64,000 nucleotides of DNA from Acidobacteriota bacterium (GCA_963666215.2 CAXWPL010000001.1:710371-774370); one strand, 5' to 3'. Numbered from the stretch's first letter, positions 49,329 through 59,552 are shown. The notes: generated by a model from the letters alone, not told the origin. Numbers and translations: made by a program.

Positions 49329-51850
49329 TCACCGTATGTAGCCAAGCGCCCGCAGCGTCCGAAGCTGCTCGGGGGTGTACGGCGACTCCTCGCCGGGGGT
49401 GAACTGCTGCGCCAGCAACTGGTGCGCCTCGAACTGCGCTTCGAGGAACTTCGTATATTTCTCCACCAGGTCAGGCCGTTCCTCATGCAGGCTGCTCAAG
49501 GCGTGCGGGTCGTTCCACAGGTCGTAGAGCAACAGGGAGGCCGGGCGCTGTTCCTCTTCCTCGTCCGGGTCGGGGTTGATCTCCAGCGACGCACCCCAGC
49601 GTCCGTCGATCACCTCGATCAGGCCCCGGAGCTCCCCCGTCTGTCGATCAACACGGAAGTCATCAAGATCACGGGCCGTGGTTCCCACCCGTCCGTCCCC
49701 AGCAGTAAGGGTGCGAGGGACTGCCCTTGCATGATGTCGGGCATCGGCAGACCGGCAAGATCGAGAATCGTCGGCAGAACGTCGATCATGGAGACAGGAT
49801 CAGAAAAACGCTGTCCTGAGGCAATGCGCTCCGGCCAGACGACGATCAGTGGAACGCGGGTGACGTGAGGCCTGAGCAGTGCCCACTGCCCGGCAGGCGG
49901 CATCGGATCGAGGCGTCGGCGACTCGCACCCGGATAGCCATGATCAGAGGCCACGATCAAGAGCGTGTGTTCCCACTCACCGGCCGCTTTGAGACGCTCC
50001 ACCAACCGGCCGATCTGGTAGTCGTTGTGGGCCATGGTCTCGTCGTAGAGTCCCTGCTCGGCATGGGCGTGCGCGACTCGGCTGACCCCCGCGGCGTCAT
50101 AGTTGCCCAGACCGGAGCCGCCGGCACTCCTCGCACTCCGCAGCTGGCTCTCCCATCGGTAGTACGTCTCGCGCAGTTTGGGGCTGATAAACAGACCCGC
50201 GAACGGAGCCACCGGGTGAAACGGCGCGTGCACGTCGGTGGTCTGGAAATGCACCCAATACGGCTCGCCCGGGGAGGCACTCCGCCAGTTCCAGTAAGCC
50301 CGGTGGAGTTCCACCGACGAGGCGGAGTTCACCCCCCCGGCATAGGCGTCGCGATACGTATCCACGCCTCGATCCGTCGCGGTGCCCGCGTTGGGGTTCG
50401 AGGTCAACATAGCCGTTTGATAGCCGCCGGCCCTCATGTGCTGGGCCATCGTCATCGCCTGTTCAGGGAGCCCTCTGCCACCTGTGCCGCCGAGAACGCT
50501 GTCGTGTAGCGACGTCACGAAAGAACGCGTGGGAGAAGGCGTTCCCTCCGAATTACTGTAGGCATGCTCGAAGACCGCGCCCTCGGCCGCCAATTGTGCG
50601 ATGTACGGCGTCGTCCGACGGTTGTAGCCGTAGACGCTCATAAAGTCTGCGCCCGCACTATCGATGACGTACAAGATGATGTTCGGCTTGCCGGTGTTTC
50701 TTGAACCGCTGAGCGTGGGGGCGACCCAGAGCGCCGGGGTCCCAACCCGATCCGACGTCGCGGTCAGCACCAGGTCCACCGCTTCACCCTCGAAGCGGAT
50801 CAGATCCACGCTACGCTGTGCCCAATCGCTGCCGGAGTACGTTTCCTCCAGGAGCGTGACGGCGTCACCACCGAGCCGGCGCACCGTAATCGCGAAATCC
50901 ACTGGCACGTCGTCGCGAACAACCCCCAGCCCAACGTCGAAACGTCCGCCGTCGGGTACATGCACGCAGTACTCCAAGCGCGCTGGCGCATGCGTGTACA
51001 GCGCCCGTCGTTGGAGGTTGCCGCTGAATGTTGGGGTGACGCCGACGTCTGCGTCAGCGTAGGCAGCTTCCTTCGGGATGAGACTGACCGAAAGAAAGTC
51101 AATGCTGGTTGGTACGCCTCCAGGTTGCGATCCCACACGGATCCGCAGGCCGAGCTGCGTCCACGGTTCATCTCAGTCCTCCTCCCGACTGACGTGCAGG
51201 AGGTACGTGTGTACCAAGCCGTCGGTGATGAGAGGTGCGTCATCTCCGAAATACCTCAACCGCCAGCCGCCGGCCGGTGCATATTCTGAGTCAGGAGTCT
51301 GGGAGGGGTCAGACTGATCAGTCAGGTTGAACCACAGTCCTATATCAGAGACTGCTGGCTGAGTAGCTCGCGCACGCACCGAGACGTAGGCCCAATCCTC
51401 GGGTCTCAAGTCGGGCAGGTCGATGTAGACCCACCCCTCATGTGACCGGCGCCCGCTCTGGGCCGTGCGGTAGTTCGCTTCGGTTATGTCGACGCGCATT
51501 GCATCGTCGAGCTGCGTCAACCGTGCTGGCTGGGATTCCGCAAACCCAACCGGTTTCCAGTCCGGCTGGGGTTCGTCGAAGCGCCACTCCAGCACCTCAG
51601 GAAGGTCTGCCGGCACTTCCGACCCCTGGATCATGGCTACGTCCAGATGGTCTTCCAGGTGCAGGGGAACCTCGGCCGTCATCGGCGGCTGGCCCGGGTC
51701 AAGGCCCGAGCAGCCAGAGGCAAGCAGGATGGCGAGCAGCGATGCTGCACACCGGAAGTAGCGCAAGCTGTGCGCCCGATACACCTCGCCCATACCGCCA
51801 GCACCGAGGCGGTCGATGATCTCGTAGGGTCCGAGTCGCCTGCCTAGCAT
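49329..51850 (-). pseudogene. sulfatase-like lipoprotein broken into three frames, with a kinase stub at the 5' end
   Basis: KPNIILYVID, YGYNRRTTP, DVHAP, ASDHG, VPLIVVWP, IDVLPTIL, LYDLWNDP, LRALGYI; frameshifts near 51175 and 49660. Confidence 0.8.
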
Positions 51851-51958
51851 GGCCGCCTAGGCTAGCGGTCCTCGAGCTAGTGCACAACGGTCACGAATAC
51901 GTGGCCAAGAGCCGCGACAGCCGCATCCATGCGCAGGGTAGATCCACGTCGCGCTAGT

Positions 51959-52663
51959 TGTGTTTTCTAAGTAGGTTGTTCACATCGGGGCTCACTTCTG
52001 AGATCAATGGGGTTGTTCAAAAGACTCCACGACCTCAGAAGGAGCGCCCGATGCAGCTGCATGGTAACGCCCGCACGACGCCGTATATACGCCGAGAGAT
52101 GGTCCGCCGAGTCCGGGAGCGGGCGGAGCCCGTGACGGAAACGGCGGCGGCTCTGGGCGTGTCGACTCGAACGGTCTACAAGTGGCTGGGTAGATACGAG
52201 CAAGAAGGTGAAGCGGGGCTCTTGGATCGATCCAGCCGGCCGCAGGGCTGTCCGCACCACACCGCCACTGGAGTTGTGCGGCAGATCGACAAGTTGCGGC
52301 GGCGGCGACTGACGGCCTGGCAGATCAGCGAGAGGTTGGCTGTGCTGCGCTCGACCGTCTCCGCGTGGCTGAGCCGACTGGGTCTAGGCAGGCTATGCCC
52401 TCGAGCCCAAGCCCGAGATCGTCCGCTACGAGTACAAGAGCCCCGGTGACCTACTGCACCTGGACACCAAGAATCTGGCCCGCATCCGACGACCGGGGCA
52501 CCGCATCCATGGCGATCGCTCTCGGAAGGCCTACGGCGTCGGTTGGGAGAACGCACACGTCGCTATCGACGATCACTCACGGGTGGCGTACGTCGAGGTG
52601 CTGCCTGCCGAGGACCAACACACCTGCACGGCGTTCCTGCAACGAGCCGTCGAGCACTTCGCG
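51959..52663 (+). mobile_element. IS481 family remnant (frameshifted, cut by IS256)
   Basis: CTAG then TGT...TAGGTTGT end; ATG 52051 MQLHGNARTT, GLLDRSSRP; after a frameshift near 52400, PGDLLHLDTK, HVAIDDHSR. Confidence 0.88.
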
Positions 52664-54070
52664 GTGATGTCTCGCTTTCCGTTGAAAAAGGTGACGGTGA
52701 TCCGACCTCGATAGTGTGTCGGGGTCAATCCACTAGGCATGGAGGATCACCGTCATGAGCAAGAGTCGCAGAACAGAGACAAGTAGGAAAGCGGAGCGCC
52801 AAGAGAACCCGCTCCTGGAGGCAGTGGTAGCGGCGCGATCGGATCTACGAGCGCTGGTCATGGACGCGGGCTTCGGGGTGTTGGGTTCGCTGCTGGAAGA
52901 AGACCGGGCGGAGCTCTGCGGAGAGCGCTACGCGCGGTCACAGCAGCGGCGGGCGTACCGACACGGCTACGACGAGGGCTCGCTGGTGATGGGCGGCCGG
53001 CGGGTCAAGGTACGCAAGCCGCGGGCTCGGAGCGTCGATGGCCAAGAGCTGCCGCTGCCGCACTGGGAGAGGTTCAAGGCAACAGATCCGCTCGAAGAGC
53101 GCGCCGTAGAGCAGATCCTGTGCGGCGTCACGACGCGCAAGTACGAGCGCTCGTTAGAGCAGCTCGACGACGGGCGAGCTTCGTCGGGAACGAGTCGCTC
53201 GAGTGTGTCGCGGCGGTTCGTAGCGCGTACAGCCAAGCAGGTGCAGCAGTACCTGGCCCAACCGCTCAATGAAGTGGACCTGCCGGTGCTGGTGATCGAC
53301 GGCACGCACATGGGCAAGCACTTGTTGGTGATCGCCATGGGCATCGACGCGGACGGCGTCAAGCATGTGCTGGGTGTCGTAGAGGGCACCACGGAGAGCT
53401 CCCACGTGTGCCGGTCGCTGCTGCGGCAGTTGATCGAGCGCGGCATGCCCGTCGAACGGGCGCGGTTGGTGGTAATCGATGGCTCCAAGGGCCTCCGTAA
53501 AGCAGTGCGCGACACGTTCGGCGAGTGGGCCCTGATCCAGCGCTGCCGTGTCCACAAGATCAAGAATGTATTGGAGCATCTGCCAGGGCATATCCGGCCC
53601 TGGTTCGCAGCCAAGATCCGCAAGGCGTGGAAGGCGGAGACGGCCACGGCAGCGACCAAGCAGCTCGACGCCGTGGTCAAGGAGCTGGAGACCGATCACC
53701 CCGGTGCAGCGGCCTCGCTCAGAGAAGGAATGCAAGAGACGCTCACCGTCACTCGGCTCCGAGTTCAGGGGCCGCTGCTTCGGACGTTACGTTCAACGAA
53801 TACGATCGAGAACCTGAACGGGACGATCAAACACGTCAGCCGCAACGTAAAGCGGTGGCGCTCCGGGAGCATGATCGTTCGATGGGCGGTTACTGCACTC
53901 ATCGAGGCCGAGAGCAAGTTCCGGAGGGTTCGTGGCTACCGCGACATCGCCAAGCTCGATGCCGCACTCAACACCGCCGTCGACGTTCCCCTTGAGCAGG
54001 AGCGCCGTACTGCGTAACAATCCCCAACCACTTCACCGTCGCCTTAGTTCAACGGACGGTGGGACATCCC
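52664..54070 (+). mobile_element. IS256 family element, copy 2 (both inverted repeats present)
   Basis: Left IR GTGATGTC...CCGTTGAA; right IR TTCAACGG...GACATCCC. Confidence 0.9.
52755..54017 (+). CDS. IS256 family transposase
   Basis: Nearly identical to 45226..46488 (three amino acid differences seen). Confidence 0.95.
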   Translation: MSKSRRTETSRKAERQENPLLEAVVAARSDLRALVMDAGFGVLGSLLEEDRAELCGERYARSQQRRAYRHGYDEGSLVMGGRRVKVRKPRARSVDGQELPLPHWERFKATDPLEERAVEQILCGVTTRKYERSLEQLDDGRASSGTSRSSVSRRFVARTAKQVQQYLAQPLNEVDLPVLVIDGTHMGKHLLVIAMGIDADGVKHVLGVVEGTTESSHVCRSLLRQLIERGMPVERARLVVIDGSKGLRKAVRDTFGEWALIQRCRVHKIKNVLEHLPGHIRPWFAAKIRKAWKAETATAATKQLDAVVKELETDHPGAAASLREGMQETLTVTRLRVQGPLLRTLRSTNTIENLNGTIKHVSRNVKRWRSGSMIVRWAVTALIEAESKFRRVRGYRDIAKLDAALNTAVDVPLEQERRTA

Positions 54071-54426
54071 CGCGCAGCTGGACGACCGGCGAGGCCACGT
54101 ACTGGGATAACTATGGGGCCCCGTCAGCGGGCCCAGCTAGACCGGCACGAGACACTGAAGAGCCTCGGCCCCCGCAACCTAGAGGCACCGCCCGACTCGC
54201 CGCCGGCAAAGCTTTCGGCCCGCTGATCGACAGCACTTCCGAGCACAGCGCGCTCGCGCTGCCCTTCCTGCGGGACCAAAACTTTCTCCAGTTCCTCCGA
54301 GGGCACTCATTCCATTTATTTCTTGTTAGGCGGGACCCCCCGTACGGTTCGGCGGTCGTCGGACCTAGCTAGCTGGCCAGCCAAGCGATCGTTGGCGCCC
54401 AGCCAAGCCAACGCACGCAGTGTCTC

Positions 54427-54473
54427 CCAAGCCTGACCAAGTCAGGCTCTCGCTCGTAGAGCGGGTCGCGCGC
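54427..54473 (+). repeat. double-hairpin direct repeat, copy B
   Basis: ccaAGCCTGAccaagTCAGGCTctcgctcgtagagcgggtcgcgcgc. Confidence 0.85.
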
Positions 54474-54628
54474 TGTACGAATCTCTCAATGGCCTCGTCG
54501 GGCAACCCTAGTCCCCTCCGAGCTGAAGTGCACCCCGAGGAATTCGAAACCTTTCTCGATGCGGCCGATAATATATCTTGCTCGGATGCCTGTTCATGCC
54601 CACGCCTTAGGATTGAGCTAAGACACAG

Positions 54629-56692
54629 ATGCCAAGCTCTCGCCGCCGGCGCCTTGTTCTCGGAGCCCTCGCGCTCCTGGCCGCGCTGGCGATCAACAAG
54701 TGGTCGCTCGAGATCCTGTTCTCGCGGGATCTCCGCATCACCGACCTAGTCACGCTCGGGACCATCTGGGGGTTCCAGCTCGTTGCGACGGTTTTCGGCG
54801 CGTGGCTCATTATCGGTAGACCCCAGCTGCCACGACCGCTGCGCGTGGCAGTCGATCACAAAGTGCTCGGCCCAGCCCTGATGGTGGCACTTGTGGGCGC
54901 GACGGCTTTCGGCGCGTACGTCGATGTCACTGCCTACGGGCTCTTGCGAAACGACCGCGAGATGCTGCGCCCGACCGCCGAGATGGTGATGGCCGAGGAG
55001 GTCATCGCCGAGCTGCGGCCGCACATGCGCGGCGTTGCCCGAGCCCTGCGCAACCTGAGCCTGCCGGATCGAAGCTCACCGGGACTCTGGAGCGACGAGG
55101 TGGAGGTCATCGATCTCGAGGCCGGACACACGCAGCTCATCGACAAGCGCCTCGCGCTGCAGCAGACGGCCATGCACGCCGCCGATCGCACGGCGGGTTC
55201 GCCGCAGGAGCTCGAGCTGTGGAGCCAACTGTTCGCGGACGTGGCGTGGATCGACAGCGCCGAAACCCATGTGGCGAGCGGTGAGTTCCTCGACGAGGCG
55301 CGCCTGCGGTTCCGGACCCTCGTCGACTTCGAGGCCTTGGCGCAACTGTTGGACGGCAGGTCGGCGACGTTGCGCGGCGAGATCCGGATCGGCTGGCAAC
55401 GTGATGCCCCTGGAGCGGCCTGGCGCATCGAGCTCTTCGAGACGATCGAGCTGGAGCAGCTCGCCGCGGCATCGAGCCTGTTCCGCGACGTGATCCCCGA
55501 GGTGCTCCCCGACCCTGCCACTCTGCAAGCGGCAACCCGCTCGCTGCATGATGAGCTCACGGCGGACAGTATTCGCAGCAACGTGGCGGGAGAAAGGAAC
55601 CGCTTTTCGATCGCGCCGACGCTCGTGCATCCGTCGGTTGCGGTCGTCGACATCGACGCCGACGGCTGGGACGACCTCTACTTCATGCCGGCTTGGGGCA
55701 AGAATCTACTGCTCCGGAATCGCGGTGATGGCACGTTCGAAGACGTCGCGCCCGCACTGGGTCTCGACCTCGAAGGCACGGTGGCAGCCCTGTTCGCCGA
55801 CTACGACAACGACGGCGACGCCGACGTCTTCATCTCGGCAGGACGGGACTCGGCTCGCTACCTCCGCAACGATGCGGGTCGTTTCGTCGACCGTTCGGTG
55901 CTGGCCGACGGTGCGCCTCTGCCACGACAGGTCACATCGATGTCGGTGGCCGACTTCGACGGAGACGGCCTGCTCGACGTTTACATGGCTACCTACGCCG
56001 CCGGGCCGGTGGATCTGTCGGTTGGCGCGCGGCTTCTGACCTCGGCGCTGGAGGGCGCCGAACGGCCCGGCGCCCTCAATCGTGGCGGGCCACCGAACGT
56101 GCTGCTGCGCAATGTGGACGGATCCAACTTCGAGCGTGTAGGCGAGGAGACGATTCCTACCGTACGGCGCTGGAGCTTCCAGGGAACCTGGGGCGATTTC
56201 GATGCCGACGGCGACGCGGATCTGTACGTTGCCAACGACTACGCGCCCGACAACTTGTTGGAGAACCGAGCCGGCCGGCTGGTCGACATCAGTGAGGCCG
56301 CGGGCATCGACCGGCGCGGCTTCGGTATGGGCGCGAGCTGGGGAGACTTCGATCAGGACGGCTGGCTCGATCTGTACATCACCAACATGTCGAGCCACTC
56401 GGGGGCCCGCATCACCGCCCGCTTCCCACAGCTCCCCGAGGCCTACAAGGAAGCGGCGCGCGGCAACTGGCTGCTGCGCAGCGTTACGAATCCAGAAACC
56501 GCTCCTTCGTCGCCGGTGAGGCGATTCGAGAAGGTCTCGTCGATCGACGGCACCGGCTACCCCGTACAAGAAGCGGGCTGGGGGTGGGGTTCGCAGTTCG
56601 TCGACCTCGACAACGACGGCGACCTCGACATCTACGCCCCGGCCGGGTACTACACGGCGCCGCCGTCGGTGGCGACCGATGTCGACACGTGA
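54629..56692 (+). CDS. membrane-anchored FG-GAP repeat protein (CRTAC1/UnbV-like), N-terminal part
   Basis: N-terminal transmembrane helices; repeated D.D.DG..D motifs (DIDADGWDD, DYDNDGDAD, DFDGDGLLD, DFDQDGWLD), WGWGSQFVD. Confidence 0.88.
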   Translation: MPSSRRRRLVLGALALLAALAINKWSLEILFSRDLRITDLVTLGTIWGFQLVATVFGAWLIIGRPQLPRPLRVAVDHKVLGPALMVALVGATAFGAYVDVTAYGLLRNDREMLRPTAEMVMAEEVIAELRPHMRGVARALRNLSLPDRSSPGLWSDEVEVIDLEAGHTQLIDKRLALQQTAMHAADRTAGSPQELELWSQLFADVAWIDSAETHVASGEFLDEARLRFRTLVDFEALAQLLDGRSATLRGEIRIGWQRDAPGAAWRIELFETIELEQLAAASSLFRDVIPEVLPDPATLQAATRSLHDELTADSIRSNVAGERNRFSIAPTLVHPSVAVVDIDADGWDDLYFMPAWGKNLLLRNRGDGTFEDVAPALGLDLEGTVAALFADYDNDGDADVFISAGRDSARYLRNDAGRFVDRSVLADGAPLPRQVTSMSVADFDGDGLLDVYMATYAAGPVDLSVGARLLTSALEGAERPGALNRGGPPNVLLRNVDGSNFERVGEETIPTVRRWSFQGTWGDFDADGDADLYVANDYAPDNLLENRAGRLVDISEAAGIDRRGFGMGASWGDFDQDGWLDLYITNMSSHSGARITARFPQLPEAYKEAARGNWLLRSVTNPETAPSSPVRRFEKVSSIDGTGYPVQEAGWGWGSQFVDLDNDGDLDIYAPAGYYTAPPSVATDVDT

Positions 56693-56723
56693 CCCACGCT
56701 CTGGCGCTCGGTCGTGCGCGGGG
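56693..56723 (+). promoter_or_regulatory. SECIS-like hairpin directly after the in-frame TGA
   Basis: CUCU-G-GCGC-UCGGUCGU-GCGC-GGGG stem-loop with apical GU 19-20 nt after the UGA. Confidence 0.5.
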
Positions 56724-57800
56724 CAGCGAATCACTCGAGGCGAGAGCCAGAAGAGAGACGCGGGATCGCCGTCCAGCTTCGCGAGGGCGCCTCGTATAGC
56801 GGCCGCGAGCGCAACCGCGTGTTCCTCAATCAGCTCGACGAGCCCGGTCGCGACTTCTGCGAGCTTGGCGGGGTGTCGGGAGCCGACGACATCGGCGACA
56901 CGCGCTCGTTCTCCAGGCTCGACTACAACCGCGACGGTGCCCCCGACCTCGCGCTCGCCAACCTCAATCGCCCGGTTACACGACTGCTGCGCAACGAGAT
57001 CGCGCCCGACAAGCTCGGCGGCTACGTCGCCATTCGGCTCGAGGGAGGCAATCGGCAGGCGGCAACGAGCTCGGAATGGAGCACGCGCGACGCTTGTGGA
57101 GCACGAATCGAGATCGAGCGCAGCGACGACGTGCTACTGGTGCGCGAGCACCGCTGCGGCGAGGGTTTTGCCGGGCAGAATTCAAGCACCGTGATCGTCG
57201 GCCTTGGAGAGCACGACGCACACTCGCTGACCGTGACCTGGCCCTCCGGCAAGCAGCAGCGTTCGACCTCCGTGTCGGCCGGCGACCTGGTGACGGTCTA
57301 CGAGAACCCGGAGCACGCCCCGACCGGCGATGCATTCGTTCACACGCGCTACGCCGTGCCGCTGCCAGCGTCGCCGCGCCGGGCGAAAGCGAACGATCTC
57401 GGCTCGCCTCCGCTGCCTGGGGCCGTTGTGCAAGAATTGACGCGAGGCGCGCGCCTGACGTTGCTGACCACCATGGCAACCTGGTGCATCGCCTGCCAGC
57501 ACGACGTGCCACAGCTCGAGCTGCTGCTGGAGCGTTTCTCCGACAGCGAGCTCAACATTGTCGGCCTTCCCATCGAACCCACCGACGATGACGCCAAGCT
57601 CGCCGCCTGGGTGGAGCAGTTCCAACCACCCTACGAGCTCGTTACCGAGCTGACGGCCGACGAGCGCACCGCGGTGATGGCGAGCGTTGCCGAGCTCACC
57701 GGCTACGTTTCTTGTTGACGAGCACGGCACGCTGATCGCCGTGCAGCTCGGTGTGCCAACCGTGTCCGACATCCGCCGACATCTGGGAATCAAACCGTGA
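56693..57800 (+). CDS. in-frame continuation: ASPIC/UnbV domain plus TlpA-like thioredoxin (frameshift near 57705)
   Basis: SYSGRERNRVFLN, DYNRDG, RDACGARI, GEGFAGQNS, WPSG, ATWCIAC; alternate frame TFLVDEHG...GVPTVSDIRR ends at TGA 57800. Confidence 0.75.
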
Positions 57801-58759
57801 TCGAGCTTTCTCGCGACGACTTCGCCCAGGCCTACGAGCGCGTTTCGCCGCACGTCTATCGCACACCGATGCTGACGTCGCGGCTGCTGAGCGAGCACAC
57901 CGGCTTCGATATTCGGCTCAAGGCCGAGCTGTTCCAGCGCGGCGGCTCGTACAAGGTGCGCGGGCCGATGAACAAGTTCAGCTACCTGAGCGACGAGCAG
58001 AAGGCGCGCGGAGTGGTTTGCTCGTCGGCCGGCAACCACGCGCAGGGGGTGGCGCTGGCCGCCAAGCTGCACGGCATCCGAGCCGTGGTCTGCATGGCCG
58101 AGAACGCCACCCAGTCGAAGATCGACGCCACCGAAGGCTACGGTGCCGAGGTCGTGCTGCACGGCCAGATTTGGGACGAGGCCAACGAAAAGGCGCTCGA
58201 GATTGTCGAGAAGGAAGGGCTGACCTACATCCATCCATTCGACGATCCGCAGCTCATCGCCGGTCAGGGCACCGTGGGCTGGGAGATCTACCACGACTGG
58301 CCGGAAGTCGAAGTGGCGATCGTGCCGATTGGCGGCGGCGGGCTGATTTCCGGCACCTCGATGGCACTCAAGTCGCTCAACCCGGATATCCGCGTGATCG
58401 GCGTCGAGTCGTCGGGCGCGCCGGCGATGCAGCGCAGCGTCGAGGCCGGCGAGCTGGTGACGCTCGAAGAGGTCGACTGTGTGATCGACGGCCTGCGCGT
58501 GAAGCGAGTGGGGCAGCACACCTTCTCGGTGGTACAGCGCTTCGTCGACGAGATCGTTACCCTCCCCGACGAGCAGATTTTCGAGGCCCTGATCTGGACG
58601 ATGGCGCACTGCAAGGTAACGCCCGAGGGCGCGGCCGCGGCCCCAGTGGGCGCGTTGCTCCAAGGACTGATCGACGCGCCCGCCGGCTCGAAGGTGGTCT
58701 GCGTCCTGAGCGGCGGCAATCTGGGCCTGGACCAACTGCGCGGACTGAGCTGGAACTGA
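57797..58759 (+). CDS. threonine/serine dehydratase (catabolic-type length)
   Basis: KAELFQRGGSYKVRG, SSAGNHAQG, HPFDD...AGQGT, PIGGGGL, SGGN. Confidence 0.92.
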   Translation: MIELSRDDFAQAYERVSPHVYRTPMLTSRLLSEHTGFDIRLKAELFQRGGSYKVRGPMNKFSYLSDEQKARGVVCSSAGNHAQGVALAAKLHGIRAVVCMAENATQSKIDATEGYGAEVVLHGQIWDEANEKALEIVEKEGLTYIHPFDDPQLIAGQGTVGWEIYHDWPEVEVAIVPIGGGGLISGTSMALKSLNPDIRVIGVESSGAPAMQRSVEAGELVTLEEVDCVIDGLRVKRVGQHTFSVVQRFVDEIVTLPDEQIFEALIWTMAHCKVTPEGAAAAPVGALLQGLIDAPAGSKVVCVLSGGNLGLDQLRGLSWN

Positions 58760-58941
58760 GCTCGGCCAGCTCGGGCACCTCGGTCCGGCTCCCCACCCGG
58801 AAACCGGATCGCCGCGCCCGTCTCTTTCTAAGAGAGGCCCCGTTCGCAGGCATTTGCACGCCGACCGGGCGAACGACGCAAGATCCCGAGAGCGCACAAA
58901 AGGCGCGGGGAAAACTTGTGATGACGTTATATGATGTCGGC

Positions 58942-59169
58942 ATGAGAACGATCGTGGAACTGCCCAACCGTCAGCTGGATGCGCTCGCGGCGATCTGTCG
59001 CGCGGAGAAAATCTCTCGTGCGGAGGCCATCCGCCGCGCTATCGATTCCTGGATCGAGACTGTCCCATCCGAAGCGGTCGAAGCCTTCGGACTATGGCGC
59101 GAACGCGGTATCGATGCGCTGCAGTACGAGGCCTCACTCCGGGCCGAGTGGGACCGGCCGGAGTCGTGA
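58942..59169 (+). CDS. ribbon-helix-helix (CopG) antitoxin
   Basis: MRTIVELP...SRAEAIRRAI...AFGLW...LRAEW; palindrome GACGTTATATGATGTC just upstream. Confidence 0.85.
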   Translation: MRTIVELPNRQLDALAAICRAEKISRAEAIRRAIDSWIETVPSEAVEAFGLWRERGIDALQYEASLRAEWDRPES

Positions 59170-59531
59170 GAGTCGTCTTCGACACGAACGTGCTCATCGA
59201 CTACCTCAACGGCGTTCCACAAGCGAAAGAGGAAATCGCACGCTACAAGAAACGGTATGTCAGCATCGCGACCTGGATGGAGGTGCTGGCCGGTGCCCGC
59301 GATGGCGCAGAGATGGACCTGCTGCGTGTCTTCCTTGCAGGTTTCGAGATTGTGGAGCTCGACCGGCCGATCGCCGAAGCGGCGATTGAGCTACGGAGGA
59401 CGCACCGTGTTCGACTTCCCGATGTCATCATTTGGGCGACGGCTCGAACGCTGGACGGGCTCCTCGTTACACGCAACACGCGCGACTTCCCGGAACGTGA
59501 CCCCGACGTCCGCGTCCCCTATCGCCTGTAA
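59166..59531 (+). CDS. vapC: PIN-domain VapC toxin
   Basis: VFDTNVLIDYL, TWMEVLAG, LPDVIIWATA, LVTRNTRDF; GTGA overlap with the antitoxin stop. Confidence 0.9.
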   Translation: MRVVFDTNVLIDYLNGVPQAKEEIARYKKRYVSIATWMEVLAGARDGAEMDLLRVFLAGFEIVELDRPIAEAAIELRRTHRVRLPDVIIWATARTLDGLLVTRNTRDFPERDPDVRVPYRL

Positions 59532-59552
59532 GTCGGTCCCTCGACTACGCGA

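Noticed and set aside
52660-54074. CGCG on both sides of IS256 copy 2 as a target-site duplication
   Set aside because: Only 4 bp of GC in a GC-rich genome, shorter than the usual IS256 duplication, and the interrupted IS481 does not resume.
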